From NCBI GenBank assembly GCA_964016885.1, contig CAXHJY010001477.1:124001-188000 (forward strand): 64,000 nt of DNA, written 5' to 3'. Source of the DNA: Eledone cirrhosa (taxonomy: Eukaryota). The notes beneath the pieces were generated by a model that saw only the letters and a list, made by a program, of their open reading frames with translations, was not told where the DNA came from and did not search any database. Within the stretch, counting starts at the first letter, position 1; every line of letters begins with the position of its first letter. The translations under genes were made by a program, and so were the position numbers. Positions 39,178 to 49,774 of the stretch are shown here, piece after piece.

Positions 39178-40475
39178 AACTGATTCTGGCTTGGTTTCTA
39201 TAGCTGGATGCCCTTCCTAACACCAACCACTTTATAGTGTGGACTGGGTGCTTTTTGTGATACCAACATGACAACTTTACAGTGTAAGGGTGGTGTGAAC
39301 AGAAGTGTGTGTGTTGGAGTGTGGATGGAGTGTGGAAAGGAGTATAGTGGTTAAAAGGTGCCTACAAGATGTATGTTTGAGTCCGTGCACATGGGAAGGC
39401 GTGTCTTCTGTATTACTGCATAACGCTAAAGATCTCGCTCCTGTGTCATTGTCTTTGAGAGGTGCAATTGTGCAAGGTCAGCTTTTACCACCTCATCCCA
39501 GGTCTTCCTGGGTCTTCCTACTCCATAGCTTCTGTCAACATTGATTGCCCTGCACCTTTTTATACAGCTGTCATCCTACAAACAGATCACATGTCCATAC
39601 CAACACAATCTCCTCTCTAGTATACTGCATCTGATCCCTCTTATGCCCAATTTCTCTCTCAGTTCATTTATGCTTTGCTCTTCATGTATATTACTATTAC
39701 ACATCCATCAGGGAATGCAGGCTTCATTTCTTTCCTTTCTTCGCAGGTCTTCTGCACACAGTGCCCAGGTCTTACGACCATACAACATTGCTATTCATAT
39801 ACCCAAGAAGACCTAGGATGAGGTGATAAAAGCTGATCTTGCCCAATTGTACCCCTCAAAGGCAATGACACAGGACTTGGGGCAATAATAAACAGGAGAG
39901 GGTTAAGGACCAAGCCCTGATGAACACCAACCTGTACATTAAATTCTTCACTATAGTCATTGTTAATTCTAACTTTGCTGACTTCCTCTATACATGGCTT
40001 GTATAGCTTTCAAAAGCCATTCATCTACTCCTAGTTTTCTAAGGGCCCACAAGATAATGGAATGAGGGGACTCTATCAAAGGCTTTCTCCAAGTCAACAA
40101 AAGCTAAGTCGAGGGGTTTACTTTTAGCTAGGTATTTCTTGCAAGAAAGAGAGCATCCATGGTACTTTTACCTGGCACAAGGTTAACTCTGTCCCTAATC
40201 AACTGTGCAATAACTCTTTCATGACCTGGTCAATCAGCTTCATGCTTCTAGTTCTCTATCTGGAGCATCGTGTTTGCCCTTGCAATGGTTGACGATGCTG
40301 CTGCTATGCCAGTCATTGGGTATGATCACATTTTGTATTACTTGGTTTACTATATGTGACTATTGTGTGCTCCACCATTTAGATACTTTCAACAACTCAG
40401 CCACTATCTCCGAAGGTCCAGCTACCTTGTCTGTCTTCATACCTTTGATTGCTTTATTTACTATACTACTGCTAA
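39178..40475 (-). mobile_element. RTE LINE, fragmented and rearranged
   Basis: Reverse complement matches the 3' UTR, C-terminus and RT (VGVHQG, FVDLEKAFDRV, GPSEIVAELLK) of the plus-strand copies; internal deletion and a short inverted piece near 39800-39876. Confidence 0.85.
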
Positions 40476-40689
40476 CATGACACAGCCAGTCCCTATGTTG
40501 GGCAACTTGGGGGCAAACTATCTTCATCCCATTCATTCTCCTCATTTGGTAGTCTTTTATAGAGCAACACTTGAAACCATCTATGGAGATTTGATTCCAA
40601 TAGCCCCCAGATTCAAAAGCGACTACAGTTTGCTGGTCATCGACCTGACAAAGAAATCATTTCATCTCTCCTTCTGTGATATCCCTCTC

Positions 40690-40858
40690 GATGTGTCTAT
40701 TCACGAAAACTGACTTTCCCAGACACCATAGCTCGGGTCTCACGGTTGACATAAAGGGTCTGGGGAAAGCAATGCAGGACTCAACAGTGTGGAAAGGGAT
40801 TGTCAGGAGAGTTCCGACTGCTCACAGAAGAGTAGAAGGATGATGATGATGATGATGA
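40690..40858 (+). mobile_element. 3' end of a different LINE with a (GAT)n tail, inserted in the minus-strand RTE
   Basis: ...GLGKAMQDSTVWKGIV... followed by GATGATGATGATGATGA; left boundary uncertain (may extend to ~40480). Confidence 0.45.
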
Positions 40859-41035
40859 CTTCATTATCCTCGAAGACACACTTCTTCCCAACGACATCAC
40901 AATTTTCCCTGACACATTGTCTTGCAATCCTAAACACCTCACACCTTTGGTCCTCGTGTTGCAGAACATGCTTACATTTTTTAACTTTTGCTTCCCTTCT
41001 TGCAAAATACACTTGTTGCCTAGCCTCTCTCTCTC
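40859..41035 (-). mobile_element. RTE fragment (EN-RT linker)
   Basis: REARQQVYFARREAK...EDQRCEVFRIARQCVRENCDVVGKKCV, homologous to 10700-10810. Confidence 0.85.
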
Positions 41036-41057
41036 TCACACACACACCACAAATCAG

Positions 41058-41308
41058 AGTGGTACTCAGGTGTCACAACAAAAATTACCCAGTCCACACT
41101 GTAAAGTGGTCATGTAGGTGTCACGACAGAAGCACCCAACACACTCTGTAAATGAGGTTGGAGTTAGGAAGGGCATCCAGCAGTAGAAACCAAGCCCAAA
41201 TTAGTTTTGAATGAGCACGACATGGTCAACTGACCTGGCATTGCTCACAACAGAACTCGTTTAATCGATGCTAGCGTGGAAGAACTGAAGTAAAACAGTG
41301 ATGATGAT
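41058..41308 (+). mobile_element. RTE 3'-UTR copy / RTE-partner SINE
   Basis: Same motif as 14150-14563; ends GTAAAACAGTGATGATGAT. Confidence 0.82.
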
Positions 41309-41394
41309 ATACATAATTCTACACACGCAGACACATATTCTAGTGTAGCAATGTCATGATAATGACAACATATAATGAGACATTGAAACCTTAC

Positions 41395-41489
41395 CGAGTA
41401 CATAATGTTTTCTCTTGACATTTATCTGTACATTTTTTATGAACTATCATTCCACAAACATTGCATTTAAACCCTCTTCCCATCCATAT
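41395..41489 (-). CDS. PDZD8: PDZD8-like exon (phase 0-2, 95 nt): second half of the C1 zinc finger
   Basis: Acceptor ttttatctttcag, donor gtaagg; IWMGRGFKCNVCGMIVHKKCTDKCQEKTLCT(R) fits the C-x2-C-x4-H-x2-C part of a C1 domain; not in the ORF track. Confidence 0.88.
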
Positions 41490-41547
41490 CTGAAAGATAA
41501 AAACATTAAATTAGAAGAATATGAATACTAAACAAAACCAAAACATT

Positions 41548-42230
41548 TTAACCCTTTTGTTACTATATTTTAACCCTTTCCTTACTATATTTTAACTCTT
41601 TCCTTACTATATTTTAACCCTTTCATTACTATATTTTAACCCTTTTGTTACTATATTTTAACCCTTTTGTTACTATATTTTAACCTTTTCGTTACTATAT
41701 TTTAACCCTTTCCTTACTATATTTTAACCTTTTCATTACTATATTTTAACCCTTTTGTTACTATATTTTAACCCTTTTGTTACTATATTTTAACCTTTTC
41801 GTTACTATATTTTAACCCTTTCCTTACTATATTTTAACCTTTTCATTACTATATTTTAACCCTTTTGTTACTATATTTTAACCTTTTCGTTACTATATTT
41901 TAACCCTTTCCTTACTATATTTTAACCTTTTCATTACTATATTTTAACCCTTTTGTTACTATATTTTAACCCTTTTGTTACTATATTTTAACCTTTTCGT
42001 TACTATATTTTAACCCTTTCCTTACTATATTTTAACCTTTTCATTACTATATTTTAACCCTTTTGTTACTATATTTTAACCCTTTCATTACTATATTTTA
42101 ACCCTTTTGTTACTATATTTTAACCCTTTTGTTACTATATTTTAACCTTTTCGTTACTATATTTTAACCCTTTCCTTACTATATTTTAACCTTTTCATTA
42201 CTATATTTTAACTCTTTCATTACTATATTT
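41548..42230. repeat. 22-bp minisatellite (~31 copies) derived from a TTAACCC transposon end
   Basis: Unit AACCCTTTTGTTACTATATTTT; partial 110-bp (5-unit) higher-order repeat (41681 vs 41791); the last unit runs into the MITE body to ~42380. Confidence 0.93.
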
Positions 42231-42539
42231 CTAATTAATGCACTTGATTTTCAAATAATTTTTTTAATAATTAAGAATTTGGAGGGATTTAGTAATGTAA
42301 CTTTCACATTTTTAAGTTGGCATTTGGAACATAACTTAATGAAGTTTTTAAATAAATATAAGTACTTTAAAGGAAACGGTTTCTCTTATCCTTAATTTGA
42401 TAAATACATGCTTTGCTAAAAAGTTCTAAGACTGAAACATGTTTGGAAATGTCTGCCGTACCTTCCTAAATCAGATGAAAATTAGTCATAGAGGCAATGT
42501 TATCCGCTCACTGCATAAGCATGAACTTCTTTTTTGCCC

Positions 42540-42845
42540 ACTTATTCCCGAGAGGGTTGTGTGGGGTGGAGTCCTCAAGCAGGCCTTCCAACAGGTCCTG
42601 TCAGAAGCAATCCTCTCCAATAGGTTCAACTGGATCCCAGAGACCAGTCGAACTTATGGATGTTATCCAACTATCTTGTTCAGGGTTTACCCCTGGGTCT
42701 CCTGCTGGTTGGTTTTGCCTATAAAATCTGTCAGTTATTCTTTCCCGAGACATTCTAACATGTCCATAATATCAAAGCTGTGATCTCTCAATTTGGGGAA
42801 GTAGTGGCTCTACCTGGAGTGACTCACTGATCTCTAAGCTACGCA
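42540..42845 (-). mobile_element. Old RTE-like LINE 3' fragment (distinct family)
   Basis: Minus strand reads KPTSRRPRGKP*TR*LDNI, then ...IASDRTCWK in a shifted frame, typical of an RTE C-terminus. Confidence 0.6.
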
Positions 42846-43175
42846 CAATTTTCCTTGACACATTGTCTCACAATCCTGAAAACCTCACACCTATGGTCCT
42901 TGGATTTCATAACATGCTTAATATTTTTAATCTTCTGCTTCTCTTCTTGCAAGGTACACTTGTCCCCTAGCTCCTCTCCTAGCCACCTGGCAGTGTTCTC
43001 TACCCCCCCCCCCCCCCCATTACTTCCCTTCTTGCAAGGTACACTTGACCCCTAGCTCCTCTCCTAGCCACCTGGCAGTGTTCTCTACCCCCCCCCCCAT
43101 TACTTCCCTTCTTGCAAGGTACACTTGACCCCTAGCTCCTCTCCTAGCCACCTGGCAGTATTCTCTACTCCCTTC
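42845..43175 (-). mobile_element. RTE linker fragment with an ~80-bp triplicated end
   Basis: Homologous to 40900-41030; CTTGCAAGGTACACTTG recurs at 42946, 43031 and 43111. Confidence 0.75.
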
Positions 43176-43287
43176 CAACAATTTGATTAAATAAAGAAAT
43201 TAATTAATTATATTAATCAAATAAATAATTTAATTAATTAATAAAGTAACATAAAATAAAGAGGAACTATAGAAGATATTGACCTAC

Positions 43288-43360
43288 CTTTCTGGCACAG
43301 AAGACACAGCAGTAAGAAGCAGATTGGTAAGGTGTACAGTTGACTACAAATTTGTGGTTT
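43288..43360 (-). CDS. PDZD8: PDZD8-like exon: first half of the C1 zinc finger (5' boundary uncertain)
   Basis: Donor AAG|gtaggt, phase 0; NHKFVVNCTPYQSASYCCVFCARK joins IWMGRGFKC to give C-x2-C-x11-C-x2-C spacing as recalled for PDZD8; acceptor either aaaag (exon start 43360) or ttgtag (43343). Confidence 0.72.
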
Positions 43361-43737
43361 CTTTTGGGATGACCAGATTTTCATTAAACATATAAGAAAA
43401 GAAAAGATATATATCATCATCATGTTGTACACACACACACACACACACACACATATATGTGTGAGTATATAGGAAAAGTAAAGTTTTGGATGCTAGTCCT
43501 TCATCAGGATATAAAATGAGCAATTAAAGAAGAAAAAACATGTCTTTTCATTTTACCCTCTCATATATATATATATATGGGATAACAAGTTATCGTTTTA
43601 GGTAATCTAGTTAGAGGTTGTGAGTACTCTGTACTATGGATAGTTTTAACGTACGGCGTTGTTTGACTCAACAAGAGGTTTCCTTAGTTAGGTACCGAGT
43701 TTGCGAGAATTCCTATGCAGGTTAATATTGGAGTAAT

Positions 43738-43925
43738 AGTAGTGAAAGATTGAAGATTAACATGGTTGACTGTACAAAAAGGGTTTATTTCTAGTATTAA
43801 AAATTTTTTCATTGATCAGGTGAGTCTAAAGGCCGCTAATCACTTGAAGTTGCGCCACTTGACCTTAAATACAGTGTGTGTCTCTGATCAAATCATCGGA
43901 ATACTGGAGGTTTTACATATGGCAT
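43738..43925 (-). mobile_element. Penelope/retrozyme-like repeat carrying a hammerhead-like motif (copy 1)
   Basis: Minus strand AGTATT-CCGATGA-tTTGATCAG...CTGATCAAt-GAAAA-AATT-TTT-AATACT; inverted homologue of 44884-45022. Confidence 0.5.
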
Positions 43926-44043
43926 TGGTATTTATAGATACATCGGAGAATCAAAACAATAACATCAATAATAAAAGATAATAAGAAAGAAATAAAGAAG
44001 TTAGAATGAAGATGATAAAGATGTGAAAAATAAGTAAAAAAAT

Positions 44044-44228
44044 AATTGTTTCTACTTTTTGGCATAAGGCCAGCAATTACCCAGTGCATTACTGGTACTT
44101 TATTTTATCGACCCCGTAAGGATGAAAGGCAAAGTCAACCTCGGCGGGATTTGAACTCAGATCGTAAAGGGACGTAACTATGCTGGAAAGCATGGCGTCC
44201 GACCTTCTACTGATACTGCCAATCCACC
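44044..44228 (-). mobile_element. tRNA-derived SINE
   Basis: Minus strand: GGTGGATTGGCAG head, B box GAGTTCAAATCCCGCC, body GTTGACTTTGCCTTTCATCC..GGGGTCGATAAAATAAAGTACCAG, ATT-type tail. Confidence 0.8.
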
Positions 44229-44903
44229 TAAAAAAATAATAAGTACAGAATACGATTGCTGATAATAGTGGTGGTGGTGGTGGTGATTAAAGTTACTGTG
44301 GTGAGTAAGTGTATGTGTAAAGATGTGGTGAAGGTAGAAATAATACTAACACATTAAATACATACATATGTAGTGGTCAAATCTCAGAGTTAGAGTAGAA
44401 AATAAAAAATAGTAACAAATGACAGATAAAAGATAAAAAAAATAATAAATTAAAAATTAAGTGAGAGGGGAAGAGATACAGCACAGGAGACAGAGAGTGG
44501 GGGCAGGGGTGATAGGAGGATGAGACATAAGGGGTAGGGCTAAGGACTGAGAAGGAGTAGATAGGTAGATAGAGAATAAAAATTGAGAGGGAGAGTTTTG
44601 ATATATGTGTGTGGTAAATGTCTAGCAGGCTGATTGTCTTATCTTAATGGGGTTGATGTGGCTTTAGGGAGAGAGAGTGAAAGAAGGTTAGGAGATTTAT
44701 GATGTTGATTTAGTGACCAGTTGGTCAGTTGACAGCTAATAACAGTGGGGGTGGTATGTAGTCAGTACATTAAAATCTGGGTGGTTCTACTTGAATTCTG
44801 AGATTGCTGGATCAAATCATGTTGGTTTGAAATTTGGAAACTTGGTAGCTGCTTTGTGCCTACAGAAATTTGATCATTCTATTTTGTCATATGTAAAATC
44901 TCC

Positions 44904-44968
44904 AGTATTCCGATGATTTTATCAGAGTGACGCAACTTCGAGTGATCAATGAAACAATTGTTAATACT
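44904..44968 (+). ncRNA. Type I minimal hammerhead ribozyme-like motif (copy 2)
   Basis: Stem I AGTATT(44904-09)/AATACT(44963-68); core CCGATGA(44910-16); stem II ATCA/TGAT; GAAAC(44951-55)-AATT-GTT with a palindromic loop III. Confidence 0.55.
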
Positions 44969-45421
44969 TGAAATAAAACCCTTTTTATACAGCCGACTAT
45001 GTTATTCTTCAATCTTTCACTATATATATATATATAACAGATAAAAAGATGATTAACACTGTTAAGTGATATAATAGAGTTTTATTCCAAGCATTAACAT
45101 ATGTTTCATCACTTAATAAGCAATTAATTATGTCTTGAAATCGTTATCATCAATAGTTGATTGACTATTGTGAAATTAGATTTTCAGTATACAAAACAAT
45201 GGAGTCACTAGGTGAATTATCAAAATAGTGATCATGGATTTAGTCTCAAAGTGGTTTTATAGCAAATAACATAAACATCAAAATGAAAAATAAAGTAAAC
45301 AGAGAAAATGACATACTTGAGAGGGTGGGGAGATAGGGATAATATAACTAACATGCTCTGTATTCTTTTAATTATTTATTATCTATTTTTAGGCTTTGCC
45401 CTCAAATTATTCCACACTTTT

Positions 45422-48400
45422 ATGAAAGAGAGAGAGAGAGAGAGAGTGTCTGTATGTAAGAGAGAGACAGAGAGAGTGTCTGTATGTAAGAGAGAGAGAG
45501 AGTGAGTGGCTGTATGTAAGAGAGAGAGAGAGTGAGTGTCTGTATGTAAGAGAGAGAGAGAGAGAGTGACTGTATGTAAGAGAGAGAGAGAGAGTGTCTA
45601 TATGTAAGAGAGAGAGAGAGTGTCTGTATGTAAGAGAGAGAGAGACAGAGAGTGTCTGTATGTAAGAGAGAGAGAGAGAGTGACTATATGTAAGAGAGAG
45701 AGAGAGTGAGTGTCTGTATGTAAGAGAGAGAGAGTGTCTGTATGTAAGAGAGAGAGAGAGTGAGTGTCCGTATGTAAGAGAGAGAGAGAGAGTGTCTGTA
45801 TGTAAGAGAGAGAGAGAGTGAGTGTCTGTATGTAAGAGAGAGAGAGAAAGAGAGTGACTGTATGTAAGAGAGAGAGAGAGAGAGTCTGTATGTAAGAGAG
45901 AAAGAGAGAGAGTGTATGTATGTAAGAGAGAGAGAGAGTGTCTGTATGTAAGAGAGAGAGAGAGAGAGAGAGTGTCTGTATGTAAGAGAGAGAGAGAGAG
46001 AGAGAGTGTCTGTATGTAAGAGAGAGAGAGAGAGTGACTATATGTAAGAGAGAGAGAGAGTGAGTGTCTGTATGTAAGAGAGAGAGAGAGTGAGTGTCTG
46101 TATGTAAGAGAGAGAGAAAGAGAGTGACTGTATGTAAGAGAGAAAGAGAGAGAGTGTATGTATGTAAGAGAGAGAGAGAGAGAGTGTCTGTATGTAAGAG
46201 AGAGAGAGAGAGTGACTATATGTAAGAGAGAGAGAGAGAGAGAGTGTCTGTATGTAAGAGAGAGAGAGAGTGTCTGTATGTAAGAGAGAGAGTGTCTGTA
46301 TGTAAGAGAGAGAGAGAGAGTGTCTGTATGTAAGAGAGAGAGAGAGAGAGTGTCTGTATGTAAGAGAGAGAGAAAGAGAGTGACTGTATGTAAGAGAGAG
46401 AGTGTCTGTATGTAAGAGAGAGAGAAAGAGAGTGACTGTATGTAAGAGAGAGAGAGAGAGTGTATGTATGTAAGAGAGAGAGAGAGAGAGAGTGTCTGTA
46501 TGTAAGAGAGAGAGAGAGAGAGTGACTATATGTAAGAGAGAGAGAGAGAGAGAGTCTGTATGTAAGAGAGAGAGAGAGTGTCTGTATGTAAGAGAGAGAG
46601 AGAGAGTGACTGTAAGAGAGAGAAAGAGAGTGACTGTATGTAAGAGAGAAGAGAGAGAGTGTATGTATGTAAGAGAGAGAGAGAGAGAGTGTCTGTATGT
46701 AAGAGAGAGAGAGAGAGTGACTATATGTAAGAGAGAGAGAGAGAGAGTGTCTGTATGTAAGAGAGAGAGAGAGTGTCTGTATGTAAGAGAGAGAGAGAGT
46801 GTCTGTATGTAAGAGAGAGAGAGAGAGTGTCTGTATGTAAGAGAGAGAGAGAGAGAGAGTGTCTGTATGTAAGAGAGAGAGAGAGTGACTATATGTAAGA
46901 GAGAGAGAGGAGTGTCTGTATGTAAGAGAGAGAGAGAGTGTCTGTATGTAAGAGAGAGAGAGAGTGTCTGTATGTAAGAGAGAGAGAGTGTGTCTGTATG
47001 TAAGAGAGAGAGAGAGTGACTATATGTAAGAGAGAGAGAGGGAGTGTCTGTATGTAAGAGAGAGAGAGAGTGACTGTATGTAAGAGAGAGAGAGAGTGTC
47101 TGTATGTAAGAGAGAGAGAGTGTGTCTGTATGTAAGAGAGAGAGAGTGAGTGTCTCTGTTGTGTAAGATAGAGAGAGAGTGTCTGTATGTAAGAGAGAGA
47201 GAGTGACTGTATGTAAGAGAGAGAGAGAGTGTCTGTATGTAAGAGAGAGAGAGTGTCTGTATGTAAGAGAGAGAGAGTGACTGTATGTAAGAGAGAGAGA
47301 GAGTGTCTGTATGTAAGAGAGAGAGAGTGTCTGTATGTAAGAGAGAGAGAGTGTGTCTGTATGTAAGAGAGAGAGAGAGTGTCTGTATGTAAGAGAGAGA
47401 GAGAGAGTGACTGTATGTAAGAGAGAGAGAGAGTCAGTGTCTGTATGTAAGAGAGAGAGAGTATCTGTATGTAAGAGAGAGAGAGAGAGTGAGTGTCTGT
47501 ATGTAAGAGAGAGAGAGAGTGAGTGTCTGTATGTAAGAGAGAGAGAGAGAGAGTGACTGTATGTAAGAGAGAGAGAGAGAGTGTCTATATGTAAGAGAGA
47601 GAGAGAGTGTCTGTATGTAAGAGAGAGAGAGAGAGAGTGTCTGTATGTAAGAGAGAGAGAGTGTCTGTATGTAAGAGAGAGAGAGAGTATGTATGTAAGA
47701 GAGAGAGAGTGTCTGTATGTAAGAGATAGAGAGAGAGTATGTATGTAAGAGAGAGAGAGAGAGTATGTATGTAAGAGAGAGAGAGAGTGACTGTATGTAA
47801 GAGAGAGAGAGTGAGTGTCTGTATGTAAGAGAGAGAGAGAGTGTGTGTATGTAAGAGAGAGAGAGAGAGAGTGTCTGTATGTAAGAGAGAGAGAGAGTGT
47901 CTGTATGTAAGAGAGAGAGTGTCTGTATGTAAGAGAGAGAGAAAGAGAGTGACTGTATGTAAGAGAGAGAGAGAGAGAGAGAGAGTGTCTGTATGTAAGA
48001 GAGAGAGAGAGAGTCTGTATGTAAGAGATAGAGAGAGAGAGTGTCTGTATGTAAGAGAGAGAGAGAGAGAGAGTGACTGTATGTAAGAGAGAGAGAGTGT
48101 CTGTATGTAAGAGAGAGAGAGAGAGTGTCTGTATGTAAGAGAGAGAGAGAGAGTGACTATATGTAAGAGAGAGAGAGTGTCTGTATGTAAGAGAGAGAGA
48201 GAGAGAGTGTCTGTATGTAAGAGAGAGAGAGAGAGTGTCTGTATGTAAGAGAGAGAGAGAGTGTCTGTATGTAAGAGAGAGAGAGAGTGACTGTATGTAA
48301 GAGAGAGAGAGAGTGTCTGTATGTAAGAGAGAGAGAGAGTGAGTGTCTGTATGTAAGAGAGAGAGAGTGAGTGTCTGTATGTAAGAGAGAGAGAGAGAGA

Positions 48401-49739
48401 GTGTCTGTATGTAAGAGAGAGAGAGAGAGAGAGTATGTATGTAAGAGAGAGAGAGAGTGTGTCTGTATGTAAGAGAGAGAGTGAGTGTCTGTATGTAAGA
48501 GAGAGAGAGAGTGTCTGTATGTGAGAGAGAGAGAGAGAGAGTGACTGTATGTAAGAGAGAGAGAGAGTGTCTGTATGTAAGAGAGAGAGAGTGTCTGTAT
48601 GTAAGAGAGAGAGAGAGTGAGTGTCTGTATGTAAGAGAGAGAGAGTGTCTGTATGTAAGAGAGAGAGAGTGAGTGTCTCTGTGTAAGATAGAGAGAGAGT
48701 GTCTGTATGTAAGAGAGAGAGAGTGTCTGTATGTAAGAGAGAGAGTGAGTGTCTGTATGTAAGAGAGGGAGAGTGTCTGTATGTAAGAGAGAGAGAGAGT
48801 GAGTGTCTGTATGTAAGAGAGAGAGAGTGAGTGTCTGTATGTAAGAGAGAGAGAGAGAGAGTGTCTGTATGTAAGAGAGAGAGAGAGAGAGTGACTGTAT
48901 GTAAGAGAAAGAGAGTGTCTGTATGTGAGAGAGAGAGAGAGAGTGACTGTATGTAAGAGAGAGAGAGTGTGTCTGTATGTAAGAGAGAGAGAGAGTGTCT
49001 GTATGTAAGACAGAGAGAGAGAGAGTGTCTGTATGTAAGACAGAGAGAGAGAGAGAGAGAGTGTCTGTATGTAAGAGAGAGAGAGAGTCTGTATGTAAGA
49101 GAGAGAGAGAGTGAGTGTCTGTATGTAAGAGAGAGAGAGAGTGAGTGTCTGTATGTAAGAGAGAGAGAGAGAGAGAGTGTCTGTATGTAAGAGAGAGAGA
49201 GAGAGTGTCTGTATGTAAGAGAGAGAGAGAGTGAGTATCTGTATGTAAGAGAGAGAGAGAGAGAGTGTCTGTATGTAAGAGAGAGAGAGTGAGTGTCTGT
49301 ATGTAAGAGAGAGAGAGAGAGAGAGTCTGTATGTAAGAGAGAGAGAGTGAGTGTCTGTATGTAAGAGAGAGAGAGAGTGAGTGTCTGTATGTAAGAGAGA
49401 GAGAGTGTCTGTATGTAAGAGAGAGAGAGAGAGTCTGTATGTAAGAGAGAGAGAGTGTCTGTATGTAGAGAGAGAGAGAGTGTCTGTATGTAAGAGAGAG
49501 AGAGAGTGTCTGTATGTAAGAGAGAGAGAGAGTGACTGTATGTAAGAGAGAGAGAGAGTGTCTGTATGTAAGAGAGGAGAAAGAGAGAGTTACTGTATGT
49601 AAGAGAGAGAGAGAGTGAGTGACTGTATGTAAGAGAGAGAGAGAGAGTGTCTATATGTAAGAGAGAGAGAGAGTGTCTGTATGTAGAGAGAGAGAGAGAG
49701 AGTGTCCTGTATGTAAGAGAGAGAGAGAGAGTGTCTGTA

Positions 49740-49774
<35 letters not shown>

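Noticed and set aside
41548-42230. Telomere-like TTAACCC repeat
   Set aside because: The unit is 22 bp with a single TAACCC, not tandem TTAGGG, and it is continuous with a transposon body.
44140-44228. tRNA gene
   Set aside because: Only a B box and weak A box are present; there is no cloverleaf, and it continues into a SINE body that recurs at 17515 and 26760.
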